DNA of 64,000 nt from the NCBI GenBank assembly GCA_965240325.2, contig OZ251227.1, forward strand, positions 1,364,001-1,428,000, in the 5' to 3' direction. Both the position numbers and the translations under genes were made by a program. Positions 35,454 through 47,057 of this stretch are shown here, in pieces (within the stretch, counting starts at the first letter, position 1; every line of letters begins with the position of its first letter). The stretch comes from Rebecca billardiae RCC1528. Lineage: Eukaryota; Protista; Haptophyta. The notes beneath the pieces are model-generated. The model saw nothing but the letters and a program-made list of their open reading frames with translations, made no database searches and was not told the DNA's origin.

Positions 35454-35866
35454 TTCCTGGGCCGGCTGCTCAGCCCGGGGGGCAAGCCTGCGGCGGGTGG
35501 CGCGGCGGAGGCGGCGGCGATGATGCGCGCGGCGGCGGGCCTCACGCTCCCCGTCGGCTCGATCGAGTCCATCTCCATCGGCCCGCAGTCGGCTGAGACG
35601 CGGCAGGCGCTCTCCGCTGCCGCGGCCGAGGGCGTGCCCACACCGGCCATGTACAACGTGCTCGCGCTGGGCGCGGCGCCGAGCGCGCACGCGCGCGGGG
35701 CGCACGTGGAGCTGCTCGCGGACGACGTGGAGAGCGCGCTGCTGCTGGTGTGCACCGTGCAGGAGCTCTGCTTCCGCTTCGACACGCCCGTCGCGCGCCG
35801 CGGCCGGTACGGCGCGCTGCACCGCGCGCAGCAGCAGTGGCACTCAGCACACGAGCGACTGTCAGC

Positions 35867-35901
<35 letters not shown>

Positions 35902-37275
35902 GCCGGCCGGGCCAGCCGCAGCCGGCGCGCGACTCGCCCGTGCTGCCGCTGCTGCGGCCGCTGGCGGACATGCTCGAGGCGGCGGCGGGCTGGATGGACA
36001 TGGACGCCGTGCGCAGTGACGAGCTCTGGTGCGCGCGGGGCGCACGGCGCGCCACGCGACCCGCCCGCGCCTATTGCGCGCCGCCCACCGCCCGCCGCGC
36101 GCCGCGCGCCGCCCTCCCGCGCCCTCCCTCCCAGGCTGCTCGTCGAGCTGCTCGAGGTGCCGCTCCCGCCCGGGCTGGTGTGGGTGCCCACGCCCGCGCG
36201 GCCGGGCGCGAGCGCGGACGTGCGCGCGCCGCGCGTCGGCATCTGCGACGAGCTGACGGGCGCGGTGCTCGCGGGCCACCCGTATGAGGGCTTCTTCAAA
36301 GCCAAGCTCGTGCGGCTGCGCCAGGGCCACGTGGCCGCGCACATGCAGACGGACGCGCAGGGGCTCGTCGAGGCGGCGCTCGAGTGGCGGGGGCGCGCGG
36401 CGCGCGAGGCGGCGGAGGGCGGCGCGCCGCCCGGCGCGCCGCCGCCGCCGCCCCACGCCGCCGCGCGGCCCGCGCCGCCCGGCGCGCCGCCGCCCTCCGC
36501 GCGCGCGCACGCCGCCGAGCCGCCGCCCGCCGTGCAGTGCTACCAGGCGGTGCTGGGCGGCTCGGTCGACGGCGTGCAGCTCTACCTCGAGAGCGGCGGC
36601 GTGGTGGACGCCTTCTACAGGGAGGAGATGGGCTGGGAGGGGGTCGGCTCCGACTGGGCGTGGACGCGGCCCAACATGGGCACCACGCCGCTCAACTACG
36701 CCGCGACAATGTCCGACGTGATCGGCGACGACGTGGCCGCGCAGATCACGCGCGTCCTGCTCGAGCGCGGCGCCGACCCGTTCCGCGACGACTGCCGCAA
36801 GGAGTGGTACCTGCCCGTGCACAACGCCGCGGCCAACGGCGCGCGCCTCACGGTCGAGGTGCTGCTCGGCCACGACGGCGCGCTCGCGCGTGCGACCACG
36901 GGCGAGGGGCAGAGCGTGCTGCACACCGCGGCGCTGTGCGAGCGCGCGGAGGACGGCGCGCGCGTGGTGGAGCTGCTGCTCGCGCACGGCGCGGACGCCT
37001 CGTTCGCCGAGCCCTTCGACGAGGAGACGCCGATGCACTGGTTCGCCGCGCGCGGGCGCGAGCGCGAGGTGGCGCTGCTGTGCAACGCGGGCGCCTCGCC
37101 GCTCGCGCAGAGCCGCGCGGGGCACACGCCCGTGCGGCTGAGCGAGCGCAAGCTGGACGAGCTGCTCGAGGGGCCCGCGCCCGCGGGGCCAGAGGCGCAG
37201 GCGCGCGAGGCGCGCGTGCGCGGCTACACCACCACCATCGACCTGTTGCGCAACGTGATGGCGGCCGCGGAGTGA
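31662..37275 (+). CDS. Unconventional myosin with PH-like, CEP164-like WW and ankyrin-repeat tail; intron 36029-36134
   Basis: ISGESGAGKTES (P-loop), NHNSSRFGK (switch I), LDIFGFE (switch II) and FVRCVKPN. A GTGCGC..CCCAG intron joins to the 36016-37275 frame, which has TPLNYAA, PVHNAA, VLHTAA and TPMHW ankyrin repeats. Confidence 0.92.
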
Positions 37276-38114
37276 CGCAGTGGACCCGTGTGATCTGACG
37301 ACACTGCTGACCGCGTAGTCATCTGCGTCTGCCAGACATGAGTTGGTGCCAGCGCGACCAGACTGAGGCATGAGCGGCTGATGAGCGCATCGTGCCGCGG
37401 TGTCCATCGTCGTCGTGATGTCATTCTCCCGCCGGCTTTCTAAAGGGCCGTCCCAGAGTAGTATTATATGCGTCAGCGGCAGACAGGCCGAGCCGGCCCG
37501 ATCAGTGGCCGCATTGAGGCGCCGCCCCGGCGGCACTCGCGGGCCGACGGCCCACGTGCGCGCACTGGGAAACCAGCCACCGCGACGGGTCGCCGTTCCC
37601 GGCCGCTCCGACGCGCAGAATACATCCGCGTGGGCGCTCCGGGTGTATTATTCTGCCCATTCCAGTACTCGTCGACGGCGCCAACCTCGGCCGGCAACGC
37701 CGCCGCCCCCCCGCAGGGTCCTGGCGGCGCTCTGTGGGCGCGCGAGCCGAGAGGCGCAGCGCATCCGGGCTGGCTGCCGCACATGCCGATCGCCAGCGCC
37801 AACTCGCAGCCGCGGACGCGCGCGGCGCCGCGCGCTGTGCTCGCCCGAAGGAGAAGGCGCCGCTGCAGCGCAGTACCCCCATAGGACCCCTACCCCGCCC
37901 CCCACGGCATCCATCGTTTTCGCTTTTCACTCTCAGTGGAGCGTCAAGAACTGCGTCCTTCGGCTGTCGCCTGTCGGCTCGCTCCCCGCCCAACCGGCAA
38001 GGGGAGTCCTTGCTCCACCGCCGCTGGTCGTTGGACCCATGTTCAATGTGAGTCGATCCACCGGACGTCGGCGAGATGCCGAGATTCGTCATCCCGATCA
38101 CTGATGAGCAGCGG

Positions 38115-38876
38115 ATGCGTGTCGTCCTTCAACGCGCGGCGTCGGCCAGCGTGACGGTCGAGGGGGCCGTGGTGAGCTCGTGCGAGGGCCCCTGCCTCGT
38201 CGCTCTCGTCGGCCTCGGCCCCGACGACGACGAGCGGGACGTGGTGTGGACGTGCGACAAGTTTCTCAACATGAAGCTCTGGCCGGACCCGTCGGGCAAA
38301 CCATGGCGCATGTCCGCCGAGGACAAGGGCTACGACGTGCTGCTCGTGTCACAGTTCACCCTGTACGCCACCTTCAAGGGGCGGCGCCCAGATTTCAGCC
38401 GCGCGCTGCGACCCGATGTCGCGTCCGCGCTGTACGAGAATATGGTCAACCACGCGCGGCGCGAGCGCGCGGGCCGGGGCCGAGTGCTCGACGGGCAGTT
38501 CGGCGCGCTCATGCAAGTGTCGCTGGTGAACGATGGTCCGGTGACGATTACGCTCGATTCGCGCGACCCATCCGTGGTGCTGCCAACGATCAAGCCTCGC
38601 TGGCAGCCAAAGCCCGCGAGCGGCAGCGGAGGCCGGGCGCCCGAGCAGAGGACGGCTGCCAGCGGCACCGTTCAGCCGCCGCCGCTGCTGAACGTCATCA
38701 TCCGCGAGCAGCCGGCACGGCCCGGTGCGCCTCCGCCCATAAACCCGGTCATTGTGAGCATCGACATCAATGACGTGCAGCCTGCCCGCCTCGCGGACAG
38801 TCATCCTGCGGGCAACTCCGATGAGTCCGAGCCACGCGCCACAGCCGGTCAGCCACCGTCGCCAGAGTCGGGATGA
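38115..38876 (+). CDS. DTD1: D-aminoacyl-tRNA deacylase with C-terminal extension
   Basis: MRVVLQRA, VSQFTL, RRPDF and GQFGALMQVSLVNDGPVT (Gly-cisPro motif). Confidence 0.93.
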   Translation: MRVVLQRAASASVTVEGAVVSSCEGPCLVALVGLGPDDDERDVVWTCDKFLNMKLWPDPSGKPWRMSAEDKGYDVLLVSQFTLYATFKGRRPDFSRALRPDVASALYENMVNHARRERAGRGRVLDGQFGALMQVSLVNDGPVTITLDSRDPSVVLPTIKPRWQPKPASGSGGRAPEQRTAASGTVQPPPLLNVIIREQPARPGAPPPINPVIVSIDINDVQPARLADSHPAGNSDESEPRATAGQPPSPESG

Positions 38877-39451
38877 CGTACTGCGCTGCGCGATGATAAT
38901 AATTGATATTCTGAATATGTCTGAGTCTCATCGTCTAGTATGGCGGGCTTCCAAGCCGTCGCTTATGCCGTCCGTCCCCCTTGCGCTTCTCGTTGCAACT
39001 TAGTATAGTGTCATCGGAATCTGAATGATGTCCCGGTAAGCCTGTCGTCAGACGTCAGTCTGTGTCGTCACTCACAGCCGCGTGCATTGCTGGCAGCATT
39101 GGCATCATTTATTGTGTAACTTTTACAATGACGACAATCACAGTGTCATTCTCGGAGCAGTGCAGAGCTACCGCGTCCGCTAACTCACAGGAGACAGCCG
39201 TGAGCATGCTGAAAATCGCCACGGCAAACCGGACGCACCCCAACCGGCCGGACTGCAGTAGATCTGCACGCCTTCAAGGCAATGGCGCCGGGATACCAGC
39301 TGTCCAGGATCTGCACCACGATCCAAATATGGGGGTACGCGAAAAGCGGGCACGCAGTGCCACGCACGGTTTTCGCAAAGGAGCGGCAGAACCGAGAACG
39401 GGTGCCGCTTAGGCTTGGCGGCGGTGGCCATCCTGGGACGGGACCGGGAAC

Positions 39452-39940
39452 ATGGCGGGGCACCACAACCAAGGATGGCGCGACTTCGAGGATGCACCGG
39501 AGGACGACCTCGTCATCATTCGCTCCATATGTGGACTTAACGCCTCGACTTCGCGATTCCGCGCCGTCTCCATGTGTGGCGTGGTCGGCCTATCGGCCGG
39601 TGCAGCAAACGCGTCGATCATCAACATCACGGGCATCAAGGCGTTCACGCTCAGCGGAGCATCGTTCACGCCATTCACGCTCACTGGGATCAATGCGGGC
39701 AACGTGCGCATCGCGCAGGGATACATGGGGAGTGGGAGTGCGGTCAGCGTATTCAACGTGAAAGTGGCATCACCCTCTCTCACAGGCGCATCCGCGCTGC
39801 AGGCGTTCAACGCGAGCATAGCCTCGCCCTCGCTTGCGTCGGCAGTGGGTCTGGAGGACTTCAACTATGGTATCGCCAACCCGAGGTTGGTCGAAGCCGA
39901 AGGCGAGGTTGATGGCGGTGACATCATCCCCGCGGAATGA
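39452..39940 (+). CDS. Hypothetical protein (possibly the last exon of a spliced gene)
   Basis: Protein-like, non-repetitive 162-aa ORF. A possible acceptor CTTAG lies at about 39412. No family recognised. Confidence 0.4.
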   Translation: MAGHHNQGWRDFEDAPEDDLVIIRSICGLNASTSRFRAVSMCGVVGLSAGAANASIINITGIKAFTLSGASFTPFTLTGINAGNVRIAQGYMGSGSAVSVFNVKVASPSLTGASALQAFNASIASPSLASAVGLEDFNYGIANPRLVEAEGEVDGGDIIPAE

Positions 39941-41699
39941 CATCCGGCCAGCAGAGGCCGGGGCCCGATCCGCTGTCTCGTCATAATTCTGTCTGCGACA
40001 GTAGCCTCACCGTTGACAAGTGCTGTCGACGTCGTCAGGCCGACTCCAGATGAATATCATGCGCGGCATCCTGGCATCGCGGTTGTCCGGCTTGCTGCCA
40101 GCGGCTCAGTCTGCAATTCGGACACTTATTGGCCTAGAGTGTGCACTTAACTCTTAACTTAAGCGCGGCGCGCGGTCTCAACCGAGTCCGTGAGTCGGGG
40201 AGTCGGGACTCCCGGACTCCGGGGGGCGGCCCGGTGGCCGGGTGGTGGGCCGTGAGGGTCATGGCGGCCCCGGCTGGCACCAGCTGAGCCCGAGCAGTCT
40301 AAGTCACTGACACTGAGTAGACCTTCTGAGTGATCTGCGTCTGACCGTAGATTCATCAGTCCGATACTAGACATTTGTAGTTGTCATAACTGATTGACTC
40401 AGCGGTCTCGAATGACGATTGACGAATATATCAGACGATGAATAAGTATTAAATAATATCACCCGTACCAGTAGCTAGCTGCTACCGTGGCCTACTGGCA
40501 GCCTACTATTGAGTACTAGGTGGCACCGAGACAGGGCCACGCGGACCAGTCAGTCTCGTGAATCGTGCCACCTCGTCGATTCTCATTCCGATGAATCAGG
40601 CTACACTCAGACCGACGGTCCGCCTGCGGCTGCGGCCGGCAGCGCAGACTGTCTGTCTGCAGCTAGGCGCCCCGCAGCCGCAGAGCCACCGGGCCGTTGG
40701 CCGCGGTCACACCACCCTATTAGAACTTTAGATGTTTAATACTCATGCCAGCAGCGCGGCTCAGCGCCGTCGTCGCGCCGATGCGGGCGATGGCGGCAGC
40801 AAACTGATTCTGCAATATGAGGATTAATAATAAGAATAATAACGACACAGTCACAGGGCTATCCGAAGACTAAGGCGTCAGCCCGCGCAGGTCTCCTGCC
40901 TTAATTATTGCCGTCGGCACTGCTCGACAGACGACACGGATCGTCGACCGAATTTAGTGTCGACAGGTGGCGTGCGGTCCCAGACCCAGAGCCAGAGCCT
41001 GTCGTAGTAGTACCGTGTCCGCGTGCCGCCCGCCGCCGTCAGCCCGTCAAGCACCGCTGAGTAAGCTATCTAGTATCTCAGCTAAAGCTTCGGAGCGTCG
41101 CGTCTTGAGCTGCTCGGCAGCCGCGAGTCCACCTGCGCTGCGCAGCTCGCATGGCCATGGGCCTTATGCTGCGCCCTAGTCTGAGGGGCAAGAGTGCAGG
41201 ACCGGGTGTCAGACAGCCGTCTCCGACTGTCCGAGCCGTTGGCCCTTGCCCTCGGCCCTGGCGTGGTCCGTTGGTCCGAAAGCCGCAAAAAAAAGCGAAA
41301 ATGGCAGCGCAGAGTTCCAAAAATAAGCAACGGGCGACGTACGACGGACGTTCGACGACGCGACGACGACGGTTGGCGCGCCATCAATAATCAAATTGAG
41401 TCATTAGTGGTCAGTCAGCAGCAGAGATTCTGGGGCTGCTGTCCTGTTTGGCGCATCGCTCCCGCGCGCTCGGTGATTGGCTGCGCGCGCCGGCAGAAAG
41501 GTTCCAACCGAGCCTCGAACCTCGAGCGCTTTGCCAGCGCTTGCTGCGGAGGGCAGAAGCGCGAGCCGGTGGATTCACGCGGTCTCGATCGGGTCGGCGA
41601 AGTGGGTCAGGGTCGTACCCGCGCTCTCCTTCGAACCCGTCGGCGCTCGCTGCGTAGAGAGCGCGCAGCATGCGTGATCGCCGGGTGTGTGTGCTGGCG

Positions 41700-44600
41700 A
41701 TGTGCATCGTGTGGCTGGCCCATGCGATCCTGGTGCCGGGCATGCCCGTCGAGCCGCTGACGCCCCTGGCAGCCGGAGCTGCAGCACACCGGGCGCGAGC
41801 CACGGCCCGTGACGATGGCCCTCGGTCTGCGTCCGCGTCAGTGGTTGCCGGCGTGAGGCGTGGGCGGCGTGGACTCCGAGGAGCCCGGCCCACGGGCGCA
41901 CAGCGCTCCGCGCCATCGTATTCCTCCCCGGCATCGGCAGCAACCCCTGTCGCACCCGAGCGCACCGGCCGCGCGGGAGAGAGCGGAGCGCGGCGGCTGC
42001 ACGAGCACGCGCGGGGCAAGTATGAGCGCCGCTGGAACCCGTGGCGCGCGCCAAAGCAGCCCTTCCCGCCTCCGCCGTCAAAGCCGCCGCAGCCGCCGCA
42101 GCCCCCGCCGCCGCCACAACCACCGGGGTCGCCGCCAGCACCGCCTTCACCGCCAGCACCTTTGCCGTTCTCACCGCCTCCCTCACCGCCCTCGCCGCCG
42201 GCGCCGCCGACGCCGCCCTCGCCGTTCCCGCCGCCCCACAACCCGCCCAAATCGCCGCCGCCGTCGGTGTACGCCCTCACGCCGTTCTCGCCGCCGCCCA
42301 GGCCACCGCCCGAGCGGCACATGCCGCGCGCGCCGCCGCCCAGGCCTCCGCCGCCCAACCCGCCGCCCAACAAGTACGCTCCGCGCCCGCCGCCGCCGTG
42401 GTGGGACCACTCGCCGCACCCTCCGCCGACGCCGCCTCCTGCTCCGCCTTCGCCGCCGCTGCCTCCCCCACTGCCCTCGCCGCCCCCCTCGCCGTCCCCG
42501 GCACCGCCGCCGCCTGATCCGAGCCCACCGCCGCCGCCGAACCTCCCGCCGCCGCCGCCGCACGCACCACCTCGCCCGCCAAACGCGCCTCACCCGCCGA
42601 CGCCGCCCCCACCGGCCCCGCCGCCCGTGCCGCCGCCGCCAGCACCACCGCCGACGCCGCCGCCGCCGTCGGCGCCGCCGAGCCTGCCGCCGCCGAGCTC
42701 TCCACCGCCGCCGCCGCCGTTGCCGCCGCCATCGCCGTCGCCGCCGCAGCCGCCGTCGCCGATGCCCCCGCATTCGCCGCCGGCGCCGCCTCCGGGTCCG
42801 CTGCCGCCGCCGGGCGCACCGCCGCAGCCGCCGCCGCCATCACCGTCGCCCCCGCCGCCTTCGCCCGTGCCGCCGCCGCCGGTGCCGCCGCCGCCGCAGC
42901 CACCGTCGCCGCAGCCGCCCTCGCCGCAGCCGCCGGCGCCGCAGCCGCCGGCGCCGCAGCCTCCCTCGCCGCAGCCGCCGTCGCCGCAGCCTCCCTCGCC
43001 GCAGCCGCCGGCACCGCAGCCACCGGCGCCGCAGCCACCGGCGCCGCAGCCGCCAGCGCCGCAGCCGCCGGCGCCGCAGCCGCCTTCGCCGCAGCCGCCG
43101 GCGCCGCAGCCGCCCTCGCCGCTGCCGCCCTCGCCGCAGCCGCCCTCGCCGCTGCCCCCGTCGCCACGACCGCCTTCGCCGAGCCCGCCGTCGCCGCTCC
43201 CGCTGTCGCCGCGTCCGCCTCCGCCGTCACCTCCGCCTAACGCGACAGCAGCCGCTGCGGCGGCGGCGTCAGCTGCGGCGGCGGGCGCGTCCCATGGCGG
43301 CGCGGGCGGCGCAGGCGGCGCCGCGGCTGGTGCTGCGGGAGCCGCGGGCGCGGCCGGCGGCAGCATCGCGCCACGGGGTGGGCCAGGCGGTGGTGGCCCC
43401 GGCAGCGGCGGCGGCTCAGCCGGTGGCGCTGCTGACACAGGCCCAGGCGGCAGCGCTGGCCCTGCGGCCGGCGACGCGGCCTCTGGCGGCTCGTCTGGAG
43501 AGGGCGCTGCTGGCGGCGGCGCTGCTGGCGGCGGCGCTGACGGCGGCGGCGCGGCCGGCGGTGGCGGCGCTGACGGCGGTGCGGCCGGCGGCGATGCGCC
43601 CGGTGGTGCTGCTGGCGACGCTGCGGCAGGCGACTCGCCTGGAGAAGGCGCGGCCGGCGGCGCGGCCGCAGCCCGCGGCCCGGCTGGCGGCGCGTCTGCA
43701 GCCGGCGGCGCGACCGGCGGCGGCACAGCCGGCGACAGCGCGGCCGGCGGCGGCGCGGCCGGCGGTGGCGGCGCTGACGGCGGCTCGGCCGGCAGCGGCG
43801 GCGCTGGCGGCGGTGCGGTCGGCGGCGGTGCGGTCGGCGGCGGTGCGGCCGGCGGCGATGCGCCCGGTGGTGCTGCTGGCGACGCTGCGGCAGGCGACTC
43901 ATCTGGAGAAGGCGCGGCCGGCGGCGCGGCCGCAGCCGGCGGCGCGGCCAGCGGCGCGGCCGGCGGCGGCGGCGCGGCCGGCGGCGGCGGCGCGGCCGGC
44001 AGCGATGCTGCCGGGGCCGACTCGTCATCGAGCACGGGCCCGGGCGCGGGCGCGGGCGCCGGTGCTGCATCGAGCAGCAGCGGGAGCCAGTCCGCGAACG
44101 GGCCGGGTGCCGCCGGCCCGCCCGGCGCTGCAGCGAGCGCAGGCGGCATCAGTGGGACCGGCCAGCGGCTCGCAGCTCTGCTCTCGGAGCGCAAGCGCTC
44201 GGTCGCGATCGGCGGTGGCGCGTTCCTCCTCCTCATCGCGCTGCTCGCGCTCGCCGCCGCGATGTTCTCGCGCCGCCGCGTCGTCAAGCAGCCGCCAGCG
44301 CCGGCGACCAGCTCGACGCGACACGTCTCCTTCGCGCCCGGCATTCGCGAAGCGCGCAGCGGCGGCCGCGGGGCGGCAGGCGCGCGCGCGCCGGCGGGCG
44401 ACCTCGAGTCTCCTCTGCTGAGCAGCGGCGAGAGCATGGAGAGCGACGTGCCCGACATGTCGACCCTCAGCCGGCGCGGCAGCCGGCGAGATGGCGACGA
44501 CTCGCGCCACTCGCGCGACGACTCGCGCCGCTCGTCCGGGCCTCCGTCGCCCGGCTTGACGGCCGAGCCGGACTGGGTGCCGCAGTCGGGCACGCAGACG

Positions 44601-45143
44601 CCCATCACCGCCGTGCCCAGCCCGTCGCGTGTCGACTCGCCGAAGCGCTCGTCCCGCCGGCCGCGCTTCTCCGAGACCTCCGTGCCGCAGGCCCAGCGCA
44701 GCTCCGGCCGCGCATCTCCGGTGCACATGGGCCGGGCCACGGCCCGCCGGTCTCAGCCGGAGTCGATGCTGGCGCCGCGGCTGGCTGTGATCCAGCAGCA
44801 GATGGGCGGGGGCGGGGCGGCGGCCGGGGCGGCGGGCGAGGCCGAGATGACGCCCAGGCCTTCGTCAGGGGAGACGTCCGTGCCGCCCGCGATCTCGCCC
44901 TTTCAGCAACCGCGCTACGCGGCCACGTTTCCCGCACCGCTGCGGCCGACGAGTGAGCGCCCGCGCGGCGAGCCCGCGTCGCTGCGCCTCCCACGGGAGG
45001 CCCAGGACGACGAGCCCTTCATCCCGCTCCCGCGCCCACAGACGGGCGCGACGACCCAGCGCAAGGTGCACAAGCCGGCAGCGCGCGCACCAATCGAGCA
45101 GAGCAAGTCCCCACGAGCCGCGCGCATGTCCGAGCCGTACTGA
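41700..45143 (+). CDS. Extensin-like Pro-rich / Gly-Ala-rich single-pass membrane protein
   Basis: Hydrophobic start, ~390-aa poly-Pro region with [10 protein letters not shown] pentapeptide repeats, Gly-Ala region, TM helix [21 protein letters not shown] followed by RRR, and a Ser/Arg-rich tail. The start codon is uncertain. Confidence 0.75.
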   Translation: MCIVWLAHAILVPGMPVEPLTPLAAGAAAHRARATARDDGPRSASASVVAGVRRGRRGLRGARPTGAQRSAPSYSSPASAATPVAPERTGRAGESGARRLHEHARGKYERRWNPWRAPKQPFPPPPSKPPQPPQPPPPPQPPGSPPAPPSPPAPLPFSPPPSPPSPPAPPTPPSPFPPPHNPPKSPPPSVYALTPFSPPPRPPPERHMPRAPPPRPPPPNPPPNKYAPRPPPPWWDHSPHPPPTPPPAPPSPPLPPPLPSPPPSPSPAPPPPDPSPPPPPNLPPPPPHAPPRPPNAPHPPTPPPPAPPPVPPPPAPPPTPPPPSAPPSLPPPSSPPPPPPLPPPSPSPPQPPSPMPPHSPPAPPPGPLPPPGAPPQPPPPSPSPPPPSPVPPPPVPPPPQPPSPQPPSPQPPAPQPPAPQPPSPQPPSPQPPSPQPPAPQPPAPQPPAPQPPAPQPPAPQPPSPQPPAPQPPSPLPPSPQPPSPLPPSPRPPSPSPPSPLPLSPRPPPPSPPPNATAAAAAAASAAAAGASHGGAGGAGGAAAGAAGAAGAAGGSIAPRGGPGGGGPGSGGGSAGGAADTGPGGSAGPAAGDAASGGSSGEGAAGGGAAGGGADGGGAAGGGGADGGAAGGDAPGGAAGDAAAGDSPGEGAAGGAAAARGPAGGASAAGGATGGGTAGDSAAGGGAAGGGGADGGSAGSGGAGGGAVGGGAVGGGAAGGDAPGGAAGDAAAGDSSGEGAAGGAAAAGGAASGAAGGGGAAGGGGAAGSDAAGADSSSSTGPGAGAGAGAASSSSGSQSANGPGAAGPPGAAASAGGISGTGQRLAALLSERKRSVAIGGGAFLLLIALLALAAAMFSRRRVVKQPPAPATSSTRHVSFAPGIREARSGGRGAAGARAPAGDLESPLLSSGESMESDVPDMSTLSRRGSRRDGDDSRHSRDDSRRSSGPPSPGLTAEPDWVPQSGTQTPITAVPSPSRVDSPKRSSRRPRFSETSVPQAQRSSGRASPVHMGRATARRSQPESMLAPRLAVIQQQMGGGGAAAGAAGEAEMTPRPSSGETSVPPAISPFQQPRYAATFPAPLRPTSERPRGEPASLRLPREAQDDEPFIPLPRPQTGATTQRKVHKPAARAPIEQSKSPRAARMSEPY

Positions 45144-45431
45144 TCGAGTGATCGGCCGTGTCACGTAAGTGCCGAGCCCGGTAGTTACGGTGCACTGGTC
45201 TGCAGCACTGACAAGTGACAGTGACACTCACTTCTGACTTCAGACTCAGAGTCAGACGCGAGTGAAAAACCAGTACGAAGTTGAGGGCGCACGGCCGCCC
45301 TGCTTAGTCATCAGTTCAGCATCAGCCGTCAGTGGCACCGGGCGCGCGGCTCGGGCCTCGGGTGAGCAGCAGCCACCGTGACCGTAAGGCGTAATAACCG
45401 CGCGTTATTATTTCTGGCGTTATACTCTCTC

Positions 45432-45470
45432 TATATATATGTATATATATATATACATATACATATACAT
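45432..45470. repeat. (TA)n/(TACATA)n microsatellite
   Basis: TATATATATGTATATATAT...ACATATACAT run. Confidence 0.9.
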
Positions 45471-46358
45471 CCATCAGCCCATGCAGGCAGACAGCAATGG
45501 CAGGCTACCGGCACGCTTCAGCCATCGCAAGCCTCTCGGCGTGGGCCCGCTGCATCGGCGGGCCAGCCCGGAGCCCTCCTCAGCCACGCGCGCGGCGGCA
45601 GATTCGCAGAAGCCCTGCGTATGCCCGCCGCGTGCGCAAGGCCCAGCGGCGATGCCACGTGGTCGTGGGCGGCCGTTGCGCGGCGCGAGGAGGGCCAGGG
45701 CCATGTCCTAAGTCTCGACTCCGCCGCGTCGCACGCAGTCGAACGCGCGCTCATGCGTGCGCAGCTGCGATGGCGCCCCAACCGTCCTAGCCTCCCCAGC
45801 GGCCAAGCTCGCCGCCACCGCCGCCGAGCTCGCCGCCGCCCTCGGCGCGCCTGCAGACAGACCGAGCGAGACTTCATCGGTGCCAATGTGCCATCACCGC
45901 TGCCCGCGGCAGGCGCACGCGCGGGGCGGCGCGGCGCGGCGGGCTCGAGCCTCGAGGCGCGGCGCCCCCGAGCGCGGCAGCGCGTGCTCCGAAGTGCGAT
46001 GGCCACCCCTGCGAGTACCGTCGCGCGAGCGCGCGCTGCCCGGCCCGGCGGCCCGGCCCGGGCGGCGCGGCCGGGGCGCGGCGCGGGGCCGGCGCCGCCC
46101 GCGGCCGGCTGGCGCCGCCCGCGGGGCCGCGCCGGCGCCCGCTAGCAGCTCGTGAGCGGAATAAGGCGATGTGCTGCCCTCGTCGTCGCGCATCATTCAT
46201 CGCTACTACATATGTCGTAAGCAGGGTTGGGATGGCTTGCAACAGCGTTAGAGTACAGGGGTGAGGACTGAGGCAGAGGCACGAGGACGCCGGGCCGGCG
46301 CCGTCTCAGCAGGCGGCACGGCGTGGTAGTGGGCAGAACGATGACGCAAACCATCAGA

Positions 46359-47057
46359 TCATGCAAAGCAAAACTCCTCCTTGGTGCCGTCAGCAATGGC
46401 TTGGACCGCCTCGCACCAGTGCTTCTTTGCAGTGGCAACCGCATCAGCCGACTTGGCCTTGAACTCGCGCTTCGCGAAATCCTTGGCATGGAGCACCTTG
46501 AAGAAGATGTGGCCAATGTCCGAGTTGAGCAGGCGGTGTGCCTTGTACTGTGCGACCGAGCCCTCCACGAGATCATCGTCGATCGTGCGCATGATGTCGC
46601 GCATGGTGAAGGCCCCCTCCTCTTTCTCAGCACACTCCTCCCACGCGAGCTCGAGCATCGAGACGTCCACGCCGAGCTCAGACGGGTCGCACTCAGCGAC
46701 CTTGACGTACTCCTTGAGCAGGTCGGCCGGCTTCGCTTTGGGCTTGGCCTTGCCGCTCGGAGGGAACGCGCAGTGGATGGCCTTCGAGGCGATCGTGTGA
46801 ATGTGGTCGTCCGCGTCGACAAGCGTGTAAACGACACCCTTGACGGCGCTTGGCTTGCTTGACTGCACCACGCCGAGCCCGAAACGTCCCTTCTGGTCCT
46901 CAAACTCGCACACAGACCCCTCGGCGAGGACGGGCTGCTCGCTCATCTGGTCTGCCTTGGGAGCGCCCTTCATGACCACGCGCGACGTTCCCACACGCGT
47001 AGACTGTGGGTGCCACCCCACCGCCGCGAACGTGAGCGCGAAAAGGACGGTCAGCAT
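46359..47057 (-). CDS. Probable plastid protein resembling the N-terminal region of cyanobacterial/plastid RNase II
   Basis: Signal plus transit-like start. EGSVCEF, LVDADDHIHTI, LELAWE and AQYKAHRLLNSDIGHIFFK resemble the RNase II N-terminus. No RNB catalytic domain. Confidence 0.6.
   Translation of the reverse strand: MLTVLFALTFAAVGWHPQSTRVGTSRVVMKGAPKADQMSEQPVLAEGSVCEFEDQKGRFGLGVVQSSKPSAVKGVVYTLVDADDHIHTIASKAIHCAFPPSGKAKPKAKPADLLKEYVKVAECDPSELGVDVSMLELAWEECAEKEEGAFTMRDIMRTIDDDLVEGSVAQYKAHRLLNSDIGHIFFKVLHAKDFAKREFKAKSADAVATAKKHWCEAVQAIADGTKEEFCFA

Noticed and set aside
33554-36055. Long antisense or alternative-frame ORFs (also 59243-62866, 41860-44421, 50728-52842, 3127-4626)
   Set aside because: Shadow ORFs caused by stop-codon scarcity at very high GC, overlapping well-supported genes.
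1-37275. Ciliary gene cluster (CFAP69, PACRG-like, CEP164-like myosin)
   Set aside because: Interspersed with unrelated genes; the density is compatible with chance in a flagellate genome.
37400-38100. Possible small gene upstream of DTD1 (similarly 45378-46155)
   Set aside because: Several overlapping low-complexity ORFs, none with recognisable motifs or a preferred frame.
2249-45410. TAAC(C)GCGCG-like motif near microsatellites (about 2263, 6490, 45394)
   Set aside because: Short, variable, and expected by chance in a CGCG-rich genome.
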